A model generated the notes under the pieces. It saw nothing but the letters and a program-made list of their open reading frames with translations. It was not told where the DNA came from and made no database searches. This document shows, one piece after another, positions 19,738 through 30,300 of a stretch of DNA of 62,640 nucleotides. Origin of the DNA: an uncultured Bdellovibrio sp. (GTDB lineage Bacteria > Bdellovibrionota > Bdellovibrionia > Bdellovibrionales > Bdellovibrionaceae). The stretch spans positions 1 to 62,640 of the forward strand of contig CAWVRN010000029.1 in the NCBI GenBank assembly GCA_963932905.1, given 5' to 3'. The stretch's first letter is position 1. Each line of letters begins with the position of its first letter. The position numbers and the translations under genes are program-made.

Positions 19738-20657
19738 TAGGGTGCAGCCACGATGCGTGTAGGGATCGGCACATTGCAAATTTCGATCTTATCAGCACGG
19801 TAGGCGAACCATTCTTCTGGGCGATGGCGGCGTGACTGAATCACATCTAAAAAAGTTTTAGAATCTGTTTTCATGATTTCTAAATTTGTACGTTCGCGCT
19901 CAGGAACTTCGCTAGCTAAGCGAACTGATTTGATTCCAACAAATGGTTGGTTCTTTTCATAAAACCCAAGTGGTCCTTTGCCTCGTGGTAGTGAAGAAAA
20001 TAAGTCCATTCCATAAACGACTCTGCCTAACAAGGTCACGTTGCGATCCAGGTGGCGAGGCGCGTGTCCGATCACGGCGTACAGTTCTGAACCACCACCA
20101 CTGTCTGTTGGATTGTCGCGACCAGAACCAACAGCACCATAACAGTGCAATAACCAACCTCGTTTTGTTTTCAAATCGCGCGCTACCGGGAAGCCATCCA
20201 CGAAGCCAACTTCGGGAGCATAGACATCACCATCTTTTAGTTTCACAAAGGGCTTCTTCGTGTCCCATGGGCTGTCAAATTCTGCGGGCAATTTAGGTTT
20301 CGCGTTCTTTATCGTTTTTTTTAATTCTGGTTTTTCGCTATTGGGATCGGCCCATTGAACGACGTAGTTGTCTTGGGTGCGCACAATGGCCAAGCCATCC
20401 CAATATTTTTCCTTTATAAATGCCTTAACATTTTCAACATGGTTTGGTGCAAATCCAGGCGCGAGTTCAATGATCACACGGCCGCTGTTTAATTCCATGT
20501 ACACCGTGTTTTCAGGATTCAGGGGACGCCAGTCTGATTTAGCGGACTGTTCAATCACTTCGGCCATGGAACGTAGTTTAGGTTGTTCTTTAGGTTTAGC
20601 GGCTGACTGTGCGAAACAGATGTAGAAAAAACTAGCTAAGATGATAAACCACTTCAT
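19737..20657 (-). CDS. Exported cyclophilin-type peptidyl-prolyl isomerase
   Basis: [40 protein letters not shown]; start at MKWFII with SD GGAGA. Confidence 0.85.
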   Translation of the reverse strand: MKWFIILASFFYICFAQSAAKPKEQPKLRSMAEVIEQSAKSDWRPLNPENTVYMELNSGRVIIELAPGFAPNHVENVKAFIKEKYWDGLAIVRTQDNYVVQWADPNSEKPELKKTIKNAKPKLPAEFDSPWDTKKPFVKLKDGDVYAPEVGFVDGFPVARDLKTKRGWLLHCYGAVGSGRDNPTDSGGGSELYAVIGHAPRHLDRNVTLLGRVVYGMDLFSSLPRGKGPLGFYEKNQPFVGIKSVRLASEVPERERTNLEIMKTDSKTFLDVIQSRRHRPEEWFAYRADKIEICNVPIPTRIVAAP

Positions 20658-20706
20658 AAAAGTCTCCCATGGCGCTAGGATGTCATATATTAAATTTGGA
20701 GGCAAA

Positions 20707-21342
20707 TTGCGATTTCAAGCCGATGCATTTCTTTTTGATCTGGATGGAACATTGATTAATTCCATTGCGGTCGTGAATCGCGTTTGGTCGCAGTGGGCAA
20801 TTGACCAGGGATTAGACCCTAACGAAGTCGTCACCAATTGTCATGGTCGTAGATCTTTGGATACGATAAAAATGTTCGCCCCGCATTTGCCTCAACCGGA
20901 AGCCAATAATGAATTTATAGATCGTGAAGCGGCAGATACCGAAGGTTTAAAAGTGCTTCCGGGTGCGATTGATTTTTTAAATACCTTGCCGCCAGATCGC
21001 TGGGCCATCGTTACTTCGTGTACGATAAAATTGGCCAAGGTTAGGATGGAATTTCTAAATATTCCACGACCTAAAGTGATTGTCGTAGGTGAAGATGTCA
21101 CAAACGGTAAGCCAGACCCGCAGGGTTTTTTACTGGCAGCGAGAAAATTAGGATTCGCACCAGAAAATTGTGTCGTTTTTGAAGATGCGCCTGCTGGTGT
21201 TCAAGCTGGTCAACGTGCAGGAATGAAAGTAGTTACGGTTACGGCCGTAAATTCCCACACGGACAAAGGCGATGCCTTTATTCGTGATTATCTATCAATT
21301 AAACTAGTATCGACGTCGCCGTTAGTGATCGATACTTTTTGA
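20707..21342 (+). CDS. HAD-superfamily phosphatase (YfbT-like)
   Basis: FDLDGTL, IVTS, GKPDP, FEDAPAG; probable TTG start after GGAGG. Confidence 0.9.
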   Translation: MRFQADAFLFDLDGTLINSIAVVNRVWSQWAIDQGLDPNEVVTNCHGRRSLDTIKMFAPHLPQPEANNEFIDREAADTEGLKVLPGAIDFLNTLPPDRWAIVTSCTIKLAKVRMEFLNIPRPKVIVVGEDVTNGKPDPQGFLLAARKLGFAPENCVVFEDAPAGVQAGQRAGMKVVTVTAVNSHTDKGDAFIRDYLSIKLVSTSPLVIDTF

Positions 21343-21409
21343 CTGTATTTTATAGGGACTGTTAAATATACTCGTTGGAAACGGTGTTTTTGAATGAGGG
21401 GTAGACTCA

Positions 21410-22360
21410 ATGTCGGCGTATAAATATGTTTATTGGTTTAAACGGATTCGACCTAATTCTTATAAGCCCGTTATTTTGATTACTGGTTGTGCGTCAGGGA
21501 TTGGGTTAGAATTGGCCAAGTTGTTCACTAGTATTCCCAATTATCGCGTGGTCATTACGGCCCGTAAAAACTCAATTAATAAATTGTTGGATCAGTTTTC
21601 ACCCCGTGAAAATCTGCGTATCTATGAACTCGATATCACAGATGATGTATCCAGGAAAAGTGTGGTCTCAAAAATTTGCAATGAATGGGAAGGAGTTGAT
21701 ATTTTAATTAACAACGCCGGAATATCGTATCGCTCAGTGATCGAACATATGACCAGTGAAGATGAATCTTTACAAATGGCCACGAATTATTTTGGACCGA
21801 TGTCACTGATCCGTTCCGTATTGCCAAACATGCGCAAGAAAGGTCGTGGTAAAATTATAAATATCAGTTCAGTCAGTGGGATGTTGGCGATGCCGACCAT
21901 GTCATCGTATTCGGCCTCTAAGGCGGCTTTGGAAGGTGCCAGTGAAGCTCTATGGTATGAAATGCGTCCGTTTGGTATCGACGTGTCGTTGGTGCAACCG
22001 GGATTCATTCATTCAGAATCATTTAAAAATGTTCGCTACACTGAACGTGGTCGTCAATCCGAAGAGGGTAATGATGAATATTCGCAATTTTATAAATCGA
22101 TGAAACCATTTATATCAAAATTAATGGGACTGTCGCGAACATCGGCTGGATCGGTGGCAAATTTAATTTTGCTTGTCGTGCAAACAGAACGTCCACCGTT
22201 GTGGGTGCCTGCGGGGTTGGGTGCCGAATTCTTTTATTACTTGCGACGATTAATGCCACGACGATTGTTGCATCCTTTGTTGTTCCGCTTTTTACCTGGT
22301 GTAAAACATTGGGGTGAAGGATTTTCTAGAAAACGTAAAACAACATTTTGGGATTTCTAA
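21410..22360 (+). CDS. Short-chain dehydrogenase/reductase
   Basis: ITGCASGIG, NNAG, YSASK. Confidence 0.93.
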   Translation: MSAYKYVYWFKRIRPNSYKPVILITGCASGIGLELAKLFTSIPNYRVVITARKNSINKLLDQFSPRENLRIYELDITDDVSRKSVVSKICNEWEGVDILINNAGISYRSVIEHMTSEDESLQMATNYFGPMSLIRSVLPNMRKKGRGKIINISSVSGMLAMPTMSSYSASKAALEGASEALWYEMRPFGIDVSLVQPGFIHSESFKNVRYTERGRQSEEGNDEYSQFYKSMKPFISKLMGLSRTSAGSVANLILLVVQTERPPLWVPAGLGAEFFYYLRRLMPRRLLHPLLFRFLPGVKHWGEGFSRKRKTTFWDF

Positions 22361-22372
22361 AGGAATGTTGAA

Positions 22373-22897
22373 TTGAAAAAACGCATTCTATTGCTTGGGT
22401 CCATTGCTTCAGGGAAAACGGCACTTGCGCGGAAACTGGCTCAGGTATTGTCGTTTCCGATCATTCATGTAGACCAAATCGAGTTCAATTCTGATTTGAC
22501 AAAAAAAAATCTTGATCAGATTCGAAGCGAATTAAAATCGGCACTGGATCGTCCGGAGTGGATTTTAGACGGTCACGGACCGCTGGATATGCTGCCAGCG
22601 CATTTGAAAACAGCCGATGTCATTATTTATATAGACTTTCCACTATGGCATAATATGGGATGGCTAGTAAAACGACAGCTCGGTATTCTGATAAAGCCTC
22701 GATCCGAGATGCCTGTCGGGGTAAGGGAATGGCGATGGGATCATTTTAAAAAGATGTATCAGACTTTAAAAAAACAACATCGCCTTATGAATCCAGAGTT
22801 ACTAAGGATTTTAAATAGACCTGAAAACCAATCTAAACTTATACATGTTAAGACTCGCAATCAATTGAAACAAGTGGTTAACAAGGTATCAAGCTGA
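22373..22897 (+). CDS. Adenylate kinase-like P-loop protein (FlaR/topology-modulation family)
   Basis: GSIASGKT, IHVDQI, WILDG, ADVIIYID. Confidence 0.8.
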   Translation: MKKRILLLGSIASGKTALARKLAQVLSFPIIHVDQIEFNSDLTKKNLDQIRSELKSALDRPEWILDGHGPLDMLPAHLKTADVIIYIDFPLWHNMGWLVKRQLGILIKPRSEMPVGVREWRWDHFKKMYQTLKKQHRLMNPELLRILNRPENQSKLIHVKTRNQLKQVVNKVSS

Positions 22898-23013
22898 GGC
22901 GCTCTTCAAACGTCTGAGAATTTTACGGGTGCTCCCGCTATTGACGAACTCTTTTGAGAACAAGTGTGGAAAAGGATTTTTTGATACATAAAAATGTTCT
23001 AAACTAAAATTCT

Positions 23014-23916
23014 ATGAAGAAAAGTATTTTATCTCCAGTTCTGATATTTTCGCTGATCGTAAGTACGGCTGGGTGCGCTTACTATTTTAAAGAACAGTTT
23101 GCGCTCTATTCTATCAAGGTGGACCAACTGGTTGGTATCAAACTCGACAAAGAGCAAACTTTCCGTATCGCCCGAGCCAAACCACTGAAAATTTTTAGAC
23201 CACCCCGAGTAGTCCCTGATTTCGCTGTATTTGCCGCTGCGGCTTTAAAAGCCACTTTGCAGATAAAAACTGATAATGCCGAATCGCCTAAAAAGGCGAT
23301 ACCAGAATCTATGCGTGAAGATGCGAAGAAAGTGGACGCTATCGAACAACTGGCAGGCATTTATATCAAAGATGCTTACCTTGTTGGTGAAATGAATGTG
23401 TTTAGCTATGTATCATCGACACTGACCGCGCGTTTGCTGGCTGTGTACAATGCATTGGTGACCTACGACAAGCCGACACGAAATTCGATACAATTGAAAG
23501 ACACTGTGAAGATGGCACTCCTTGAAAATAGTGACACTACATATTTCGAAATTATGATTACATTTGAAGATACGTTAAGTGCGTTTCCTGATGTGGCTTT
23601 AACATTTCTTTCATTGATGGACGAATTGAAGGTGACCCAAGAAGAAAAGGTGGCTTATTTTTCAAAGTACCTAGATCGCAAACTGGTACAAAGAAAAACG
23701 GCAATGGATGAAGAGCGTGATCGCTGCATTGCTGTGGCACTGGAGAAGCTGAGACGTCTTGGTATTGATGAATCACGAATTCAGAAAATTGTGGATAATT
23801 TTATTGATCAGAATGGGGACGATCCTCGACAACGTCGGCAGGCGTTGTTGCTTTCTAATACTTATCGGCCGGAGCCGACGGATGGTGAGTGGCTAGATTC
23901 AGACTCTGGCGAATAA
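23014..23916 (+). CDS. Hypothetical exported or membrane-anchored protein
   Basis: 300-aa ORF with hydrophobic N-terminus (possible lipobox TAGC). Confidence 0.7.
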   Translation: MKKSILSPVLIFSLIVSTAGCAYYFKEQFALYSIKVDQLVGIKLDKEQTFRIARAKPLKIFRPPRVVPDFAVFAAAALKATLQIKTDNAESPKKAIPESMREDAKKVDAIEQLAGIYIKDAYLVGEMNVFSYVSSTLTARLLAVYNALVTYDKPTRNSIQLKDTVKMALLENSDTTYFEIMITFEDTLSAFPDVALTFLSLMDELKVTQEEKVAYFSKYLDRKLVQRKTAMDEERDRCIAVALEKLRRLGIDESRIQKIVDNFIDQNGDDPRQRRQALLLSNTYRPEPTDGEWLDSDSGE

Positions 23917-24109
23917 TTGAAAATGTCTTTTTAGATTTTCTTGTGATTTTAGTTCTAGTGTTTCTATGTATTGGAGCGGAGTATAGTCGATCGGGCAAAA
24001 CTCCTGACATCTGTGGCATTTTTCCCTAAAAGTTAAGTTAAATGAAATCTACACGTTCTGACCTTGGGCCGACGGTTTGCACTCGTTTAAAAGTACAAGG
24101 AGGTTTGAT

Positions 24110-24301
24110 ATGGAAATGAATAAGCCAACAACAAATGCTAAGTTAGGGAAAGAAGAGGCCCTTTTGAAAATTAAAGCCATCAAAGATACCAATGAGGATG
24201 CTTATTCTCGCATTAATCAAATTGCCTTTCAGCAAAATTACAAAGCGCTTATCGGGCACTTTAAAAAAGATATCAGTTTTTCGACGCAGCATCTAAGATA
24301 G
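24110..24301 (+). CDS. Small hypothetical protein (63 aa)
   Basis: Strong SD AAGGAGG before ATG 24110; terminator follows. Confidence 0.65.
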   Translation: MEMNKPTTNAKLGKEEALLKIKAIKDTNEDAYSRINQIAFQQNYKALIGHFKKDISFSTQHLR

Positions 24302-24335
24302 ATTTTTAGTAATTTTTATAGAACGACACTTATTG

Positions 24336-24367
24336 GCCCTATCGCAAGATAGGGCTTTTTTATTTTT
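24336..24367 (+). terminator. Intrinsic terminator
   Basis: GCCCTATC-GCAA-GATAGGGC followed by T-run. Confidence 0.85.
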
Positions 24368-24396
24368 CTATTTCATGACTATTTATTTATGTTTAT

Positions 24397-27300
24397 TTAT
24401 ATTGGGGTTGGTAGCCCCAGATGTGTCGTTGGTGTTTTTTCGATTAGGGTAACGACAACATGATGTTCACGCTTATCATTCACCAATAAAATTTCTGATT
24501 CAGATAAAAGGCGTCCCTCTTGTTCTATTTTCACAGCGCCCTTACGACATCCATTGGGATTTCTAACCTCGATAGTGTATTGGGTGTCTTTGTGGCGGTA
24601 TTTTATCTCAAATGCACGCCACGTTTCTGGAATGCATGGATTGATTTTTAGTTTATCACCACGTAGTTGAAATCCTAAAATAGATTCTAAAGCGGCACGG
24701 TAATACCATGACGACGAACCTGTGTACCAACTCCATCCACCGCGGCCCACATAGGGTGGCTCGCCATAAACATCGCCGGCAAGAACGTACGGTTCGATTT
24801 TGTATTCCAGAGTATCATTCTGCGCTTGTGAATGTAGAATAGGATTTATCATGTTGTAGAACTCCATCGCTTTGTCACCGTGGCCGAGTTCCGCGAATGC
24901 CATGATTACCCAAATCGCCGCATGCGTATACTGACCGCCATTTTCACGAACGCCGGGAATGTAGCCTTTGATGTAACCGGGGTTTTTTGCTCCTTTATCA
25001 AATGGAGGTGTAAGCAGAAGTATTAACTTAGAATCTTTTTTTACCAAATATTTTTCTACATTCTGCATGGCTTGTTGAATTCTTTTTTCGTCACCTGCTT
25101 TTGAAATGACCGCCCACGATTGAGAAATTGAATCAATTTTACATTCATCACTTTGCTGCGATCCTACCGGCGTGCCATCATCAAAATAGGCGCGGCGATA
25201 CCATTCACCATCCCAACCACTTGATTCTAAGGATTGTTTTAACTGTTCCATATGAGCGCGATATTTGGTTTGATCGATCGTTGGCAAGTGAGGCATGAAA
25301 TCATCCAGCACTTTATATAAGAACCAACCTAACCAAACGCTTTCACCTTGACCATGAACTCCGATGCGATTCATTCCATCGTTCCAATCACCCGTACCAA
25401 TCAAGGGCAATCCATGCTGTCCAACAGGGAGAGAGCGATTGATAGCGCGGATACAGTGGTCAAGGATACTCGCTGATTCTTGCGATACCGATGGCTGCGT
25501 GTAGGAATCCTCTTGTCCTGGATTCAGAAGTGGAGCTTCGATAAAATGAGTTTTCTCGTCCAAGATCGATTGATCCCCTGTGGTTTGGATATAGAAGCTG
25601 ACGACCAGAGGCAGCCACAATAAATCATCTGACATCGTGGTGCGGATACCGCGACCTGTGGGAGGATGCCACCAGTGTTGAACATCGCCTTCTTTAAATT
25701 GGCGTTCGGAGGCGCGAATAATTTGTTCGCGTGCTAGTTTTGGATCGGAATACACAAAGGCCATGCAATCTTGCAATTGGTCGCGAAAACCATACGCACC
25801 GCCAGATTGATAGAATGCCGTTCGCGCCCAGTAGCGACAGGACAAAGTTTGGTACAGTAACCATCGATTCATTAAAATATTAAGCGAGGGTTCCGGAGTT
25901 TTTATCTGCACAGTTGAAATCAGATCGTCCCAGTATTTCACTGCGTCCAAATAGGCTTTCTTAACTTTATCAATATTTTCATACCGCTGTATCAACTGCC
26001 GCGCTAGCTCGTGCGATTCTGTTTGTCCAAGCAAAATCGAAACTTCGAATTCTTGCCCAGGGGCTATTTCCACAGAGGATTGCAGAACGGCACACGGGTC
26101 TTGTCCCGTGCCGTATTTTTTAGATAGTCCCTGACGTTTCAGGGCGATCGGGTCCGCATAGTTGCCGTTACGACCAATAAATTCTTTGCGACTGCACGTG
26201 AATGTAATATCAGTTGTACTGATATCGGCAAATGCAACTTTATTCGCAAATTCATTGTCATGTGGGTTTTTTGCGAAGATGGCGCCACTGTCGGGATCGA
26301 AGTCACAAATCAAATACGCGGCTGTTTTCTCACGGCGGGTTCCTAAGACCCACTCTGTGTAGCTAGTAATTGATATTTTTCGGTTACGTGCCGATGTGTT
26401 TTTTATCTTCAATAGTGAAATCTTCACGGTGTCGTCGATGGGAACAAACATCGTTAACCTGTGTTCGAATTCATGACTGTTATGTTCAAACACAGAATAG
26501 CCTTGGCCATGACGAATGATGTAGGAATTTTCACTTCGGATGGGAAGAGGCGTGGGAGTCCACACTTCACCCGTCTCGTCATCGCGCAGGTAAATGATCT
26601 CGCCCGGTGGATCTATGATCGGGTCGTTTGACCATGGCGTCAGGCGATTCGCTTGGCTGTTGGCATTCCAAGTAAAACCAGAGCCGGCTTCACTGATTTG
26701 GAAACCAAATCCACGTCGGTTACCGATAACATTGATCCACGGTGCTGGAGTCCAATGATCTTGCTTTAATATCGTCACGTACTCACGGCCATCACGCGTG
26801 AAGCCCCCGTAACCGTTGAAAAATTCTAAATCCATTTTTGGAGGCGGTGTAGATCGTAGATTCTTTTTATCGGGAATTTTGTCTGCGTATTTAAAGTTCG
26901 CTAATGGTGGGTATTTTTCTTCGGTTGGTCGACGATTAATCTGTTCTTCTAGAGGCTCGCTGGCGACCAGTGAAACTCGCGAAACCGCTAGGATATGGGC
27001 CAAGTCTTTCTCTGGAGTAATGTTCTTGCGCAAGACAAAAATGCCGCCATTTTTATTCAACCAACCTTGACTGCCTGTCGAACGTATCTGCTGATGAAGT
27101 TCGTCTTGAACATCTTGAAAATAGTTGGATTCATGTTCATTGATGATGACGAAATCATAGACAAGACCTTTAAGTCGCAAGTATTCATGGCAACGCAAAA
27201 GTTTTCTAACAACGGCCATATCCTTTTGATCGTCGATACGGACCGCTACGATAGGCAAGTCGCCGCCAATGCCACTTGGCCACAGGCTGGATTGCTGATT

Positions 27301-30300
27301 GGTGTTGGCTACGCGTTGATGAGTGGGCGGACGTAGTGACGGTTCCGAGTACAGGATTCTTTCAGCGAGTCGCTGATACAAATAAGCCGTTTGTGAATCA
27401 ATATTAAGATGACGAAGATCTACTTGGGCTTGAGTCCAAGCACGCTTAGACTCACGATCAAATGCGTGGATATCGTGATAGCGATCGGCAAGTTCTAAGG
27501 CTTTTTCTTTGGATTGAGTTAGACCCGTGGTGAATGCGACTTGAACTTTCCCGTGCTCTGGAAGTTCAACTTGAATACGCAATGACAAAATAGGATCGAT
27601 GGCAGCACCAGTTTCGTTTGATAGATTTCGATCTTCTAATAAGGCCAAAGCTTTGCTAATCGAACGTCCTCGGCCAATAAAGTTGTTTCTATCTGTTTCA
27701 TATTGAATATTTGACATAATGTTGCCGTCAGCAACGACGGCATGCAAACTCCAATTTTCAACTTCGTGAATGGAACGTTTACGTCGTTTTGCCAGCAGCG
27801 CATTTTTCGACGCCAGATATTCTGTTTGTATAAATAATTTGCTAAATGCCTGGTGGTCTAAATCATTGTTTGGCGGATTCAGGGTTGGCTCTAGATAGCT
27901 CGTCAATTCTATCGTTTTTGCCTTACCTGAATGATTCGTTAACGTTATATGACGAATTTCAACGTTGTCCTCTGGGGCAACAATAATTTGCGTGTGTGTA
28001 GATACATCGCCGTCACGACGTCGAAATTCCGCTTTGTCTTCGCTGAACGTGACTTGATATTCTTCTGGCAGACTGGGCAATGGCTGGAAGCCGGATGACC
28101 AAAGGACTTTGTCTGATTTGTTTTTAATAAATATGAAACTTCCTAAGTGATCGCGAGTGGCATCTTCACGCCAGCGAGTAACACCCACATCGCCGCATTT
28201 TGAATAACCACCACCTGCAGTTGATAACATAACAGAATAAGTGCGATTAGATAAAAGATGAGTACGTGGTGTAATTCCGTCTGGGTTGTTGTAATTTCTA
28301 ATCAGTGAACTGTTGCTCGGTTGACGATGAACTTCGATTTCAATTTCTGCGGCTTTCGGTGGAACTGGATTTACTCCGTGAGGAATGCGTTCTTGCAGAA
28401 GTAACTGAGTGGCGCGGATGCGAGGATCGGCATGGAAACGTTCACGTATGATAGATTGGTTTAACACGTTATTGATCGCAACTAGACTCATGCCTTGATG
28501 ATGGGCCATGAACGATCTAATGACGGCAAATTTTTCGTTTTGTGGCAGACGTTCACGAGTGTAGTCGACCGCTTCATAGAAACCGTGTGCGGATAGTAGG
28601 TTATCTTTAATCAACCTCTTCATGTTTTCTATTGCGGCATGAGGTTTTACCATGGCTGCTAAAACAGTCGAGTACGGGGAAATTACCAAATCATGACTTA
28701 AACCGCGTTTTAAACCAAAGCCGGGTACACCGAATGGTCCGTACTGATAATTCATTTGTAAATCACGAGCGTTATAACCCGCTTCGGAAACACCCCATGG
28801 GATACGGTGTTCGTTACCGTATGCGATTTGTCCTTCTACAACGGTGTGAACAGTTTCGTTCAGTAGAGTGTTTTTGTAATCGTGCATGACCAAGTTTGGC
28901 ATCAAATATTCAAACATGGATGCCGTCCATGAAATCAAGGCGCGACCTCCCGCCGCTGGTACAAGTTGGCGGCCGAGTCTGAACCAATGTTCTTGAGGTA
29001 CATCACCTTTGGCAATGGCAACGAAGCTAGCTAAGCGCGCCTCAGACCCCAGTAGATCGTATGAACTGTGGTCAAAACGATTTTCACTGACATTGTATCC
29101 GATCGAAAATACTTCGCGTTTCTTGTCCAGCAAGAAATTGAAGTTCATTTCGTTAAATAATTTATTTATCTGCTCGGCGCAAGACTGCGCTTGGTTAAAA
29201 AATTCTTCTAGCGACGATTGCGCGTGTAGAACTTGTTCTAACAATTTGCGAAGAGAATCTATGATAGCCGTTGGGGCGCGTTTTTCGGCGCTGGTTGCTT
29301 TGATAAGTTCGTTTAGGTCCTCTACGGCGGATCGGTAATTAGTTTGTAAGTGAAATAGGTCAGATTCTGTTCGTACTGAATGGATCAGTTGTTTCCATTT
29401 CAAACCGAGCAAGGGCATAATATCACTGAGTTGTTTTTCCATCGGAACATATATATCTTGAGCCCATGGCGATTTCTCTAGAATTTCGATTTGTTGCACT
29501 GTAATTTGATCAAGTCCTAAGTTCATCCACATCAAAATTTCTTCGGTGGAATTATTGCTGAAATTTAAAATGTAATTTTTGGCTTTTTCAAAAGATTGAC
29601 GAAGTGATTTCAGGTGGATGATCCAATGACTAAAATCATGCGTCGACGGTTCACACAGGCGTTGCTTGCAGTCACGGAAAAGCGCCAGCAAAGGGCGAGC
29701 CGCATCTTCTTGTGGAATTAACTCATGTTCGACAATTCTGATTATATCACCTAATCCAAGTAGAAATTTAGAATCAACGATTTTTGATTTCGGCACGTCT
29801 AAACAGGTTTGGCGTGCCACGACTAGGTAGCCTGCCAAGTTTCCGCTATCGACAGTAGAAACATACTTAGGGTACAGCGGGGTCAACGTCTTAGTGTCAT
29901 ACCAGTTAAGTAGGTGCCCTTCGTGACGCTCTAATTTAACCATTGATTGCAACGTTTGAGTCAGGCGGTTTAGCATTTGGGTCGTGTTTATAAATCCGAA
30001 ATCGCGGGCGGAAGAAATCGTCATTAAATACAAGCCAATATTGGTAGGAGACGTACGATGTGCTGTTACCACGCTTGGAATCAATTGATGGTTGTCGGGC
30101 GGTAGCCAGTTATCGTCTTGGCTGACAAAGTCTTCAAAATAGTGCCACGTGCGACGAGCAATTTGCCTTAGTAAATTTTGATCTTCGGAAGGGATAGGTT
30201 TTTGCTCGCGCGAAATTTGACGACTAATGAGTTTTGCTGCAAAAGGATAGGACATCCAGACGGCAATAGTTAGTGCCCATTCTGTTGACGCCACTTCATT

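Noticed and set aside
23985..24060. GGGCAAAAC resembling the start of a c-di-GMP-I riboswitch
   Set aside because: The downstream GAAA-tetraloop stem and GACGCAAAG-like elements are missing.
24065..24081. Sigma54-like GGGCCGACGGTTTGCA, and similarly TGGAACGCAATTTGTA at ~19372
   Set aside because: Spacing is right but each deviates at a key consensus position; too weak to call.
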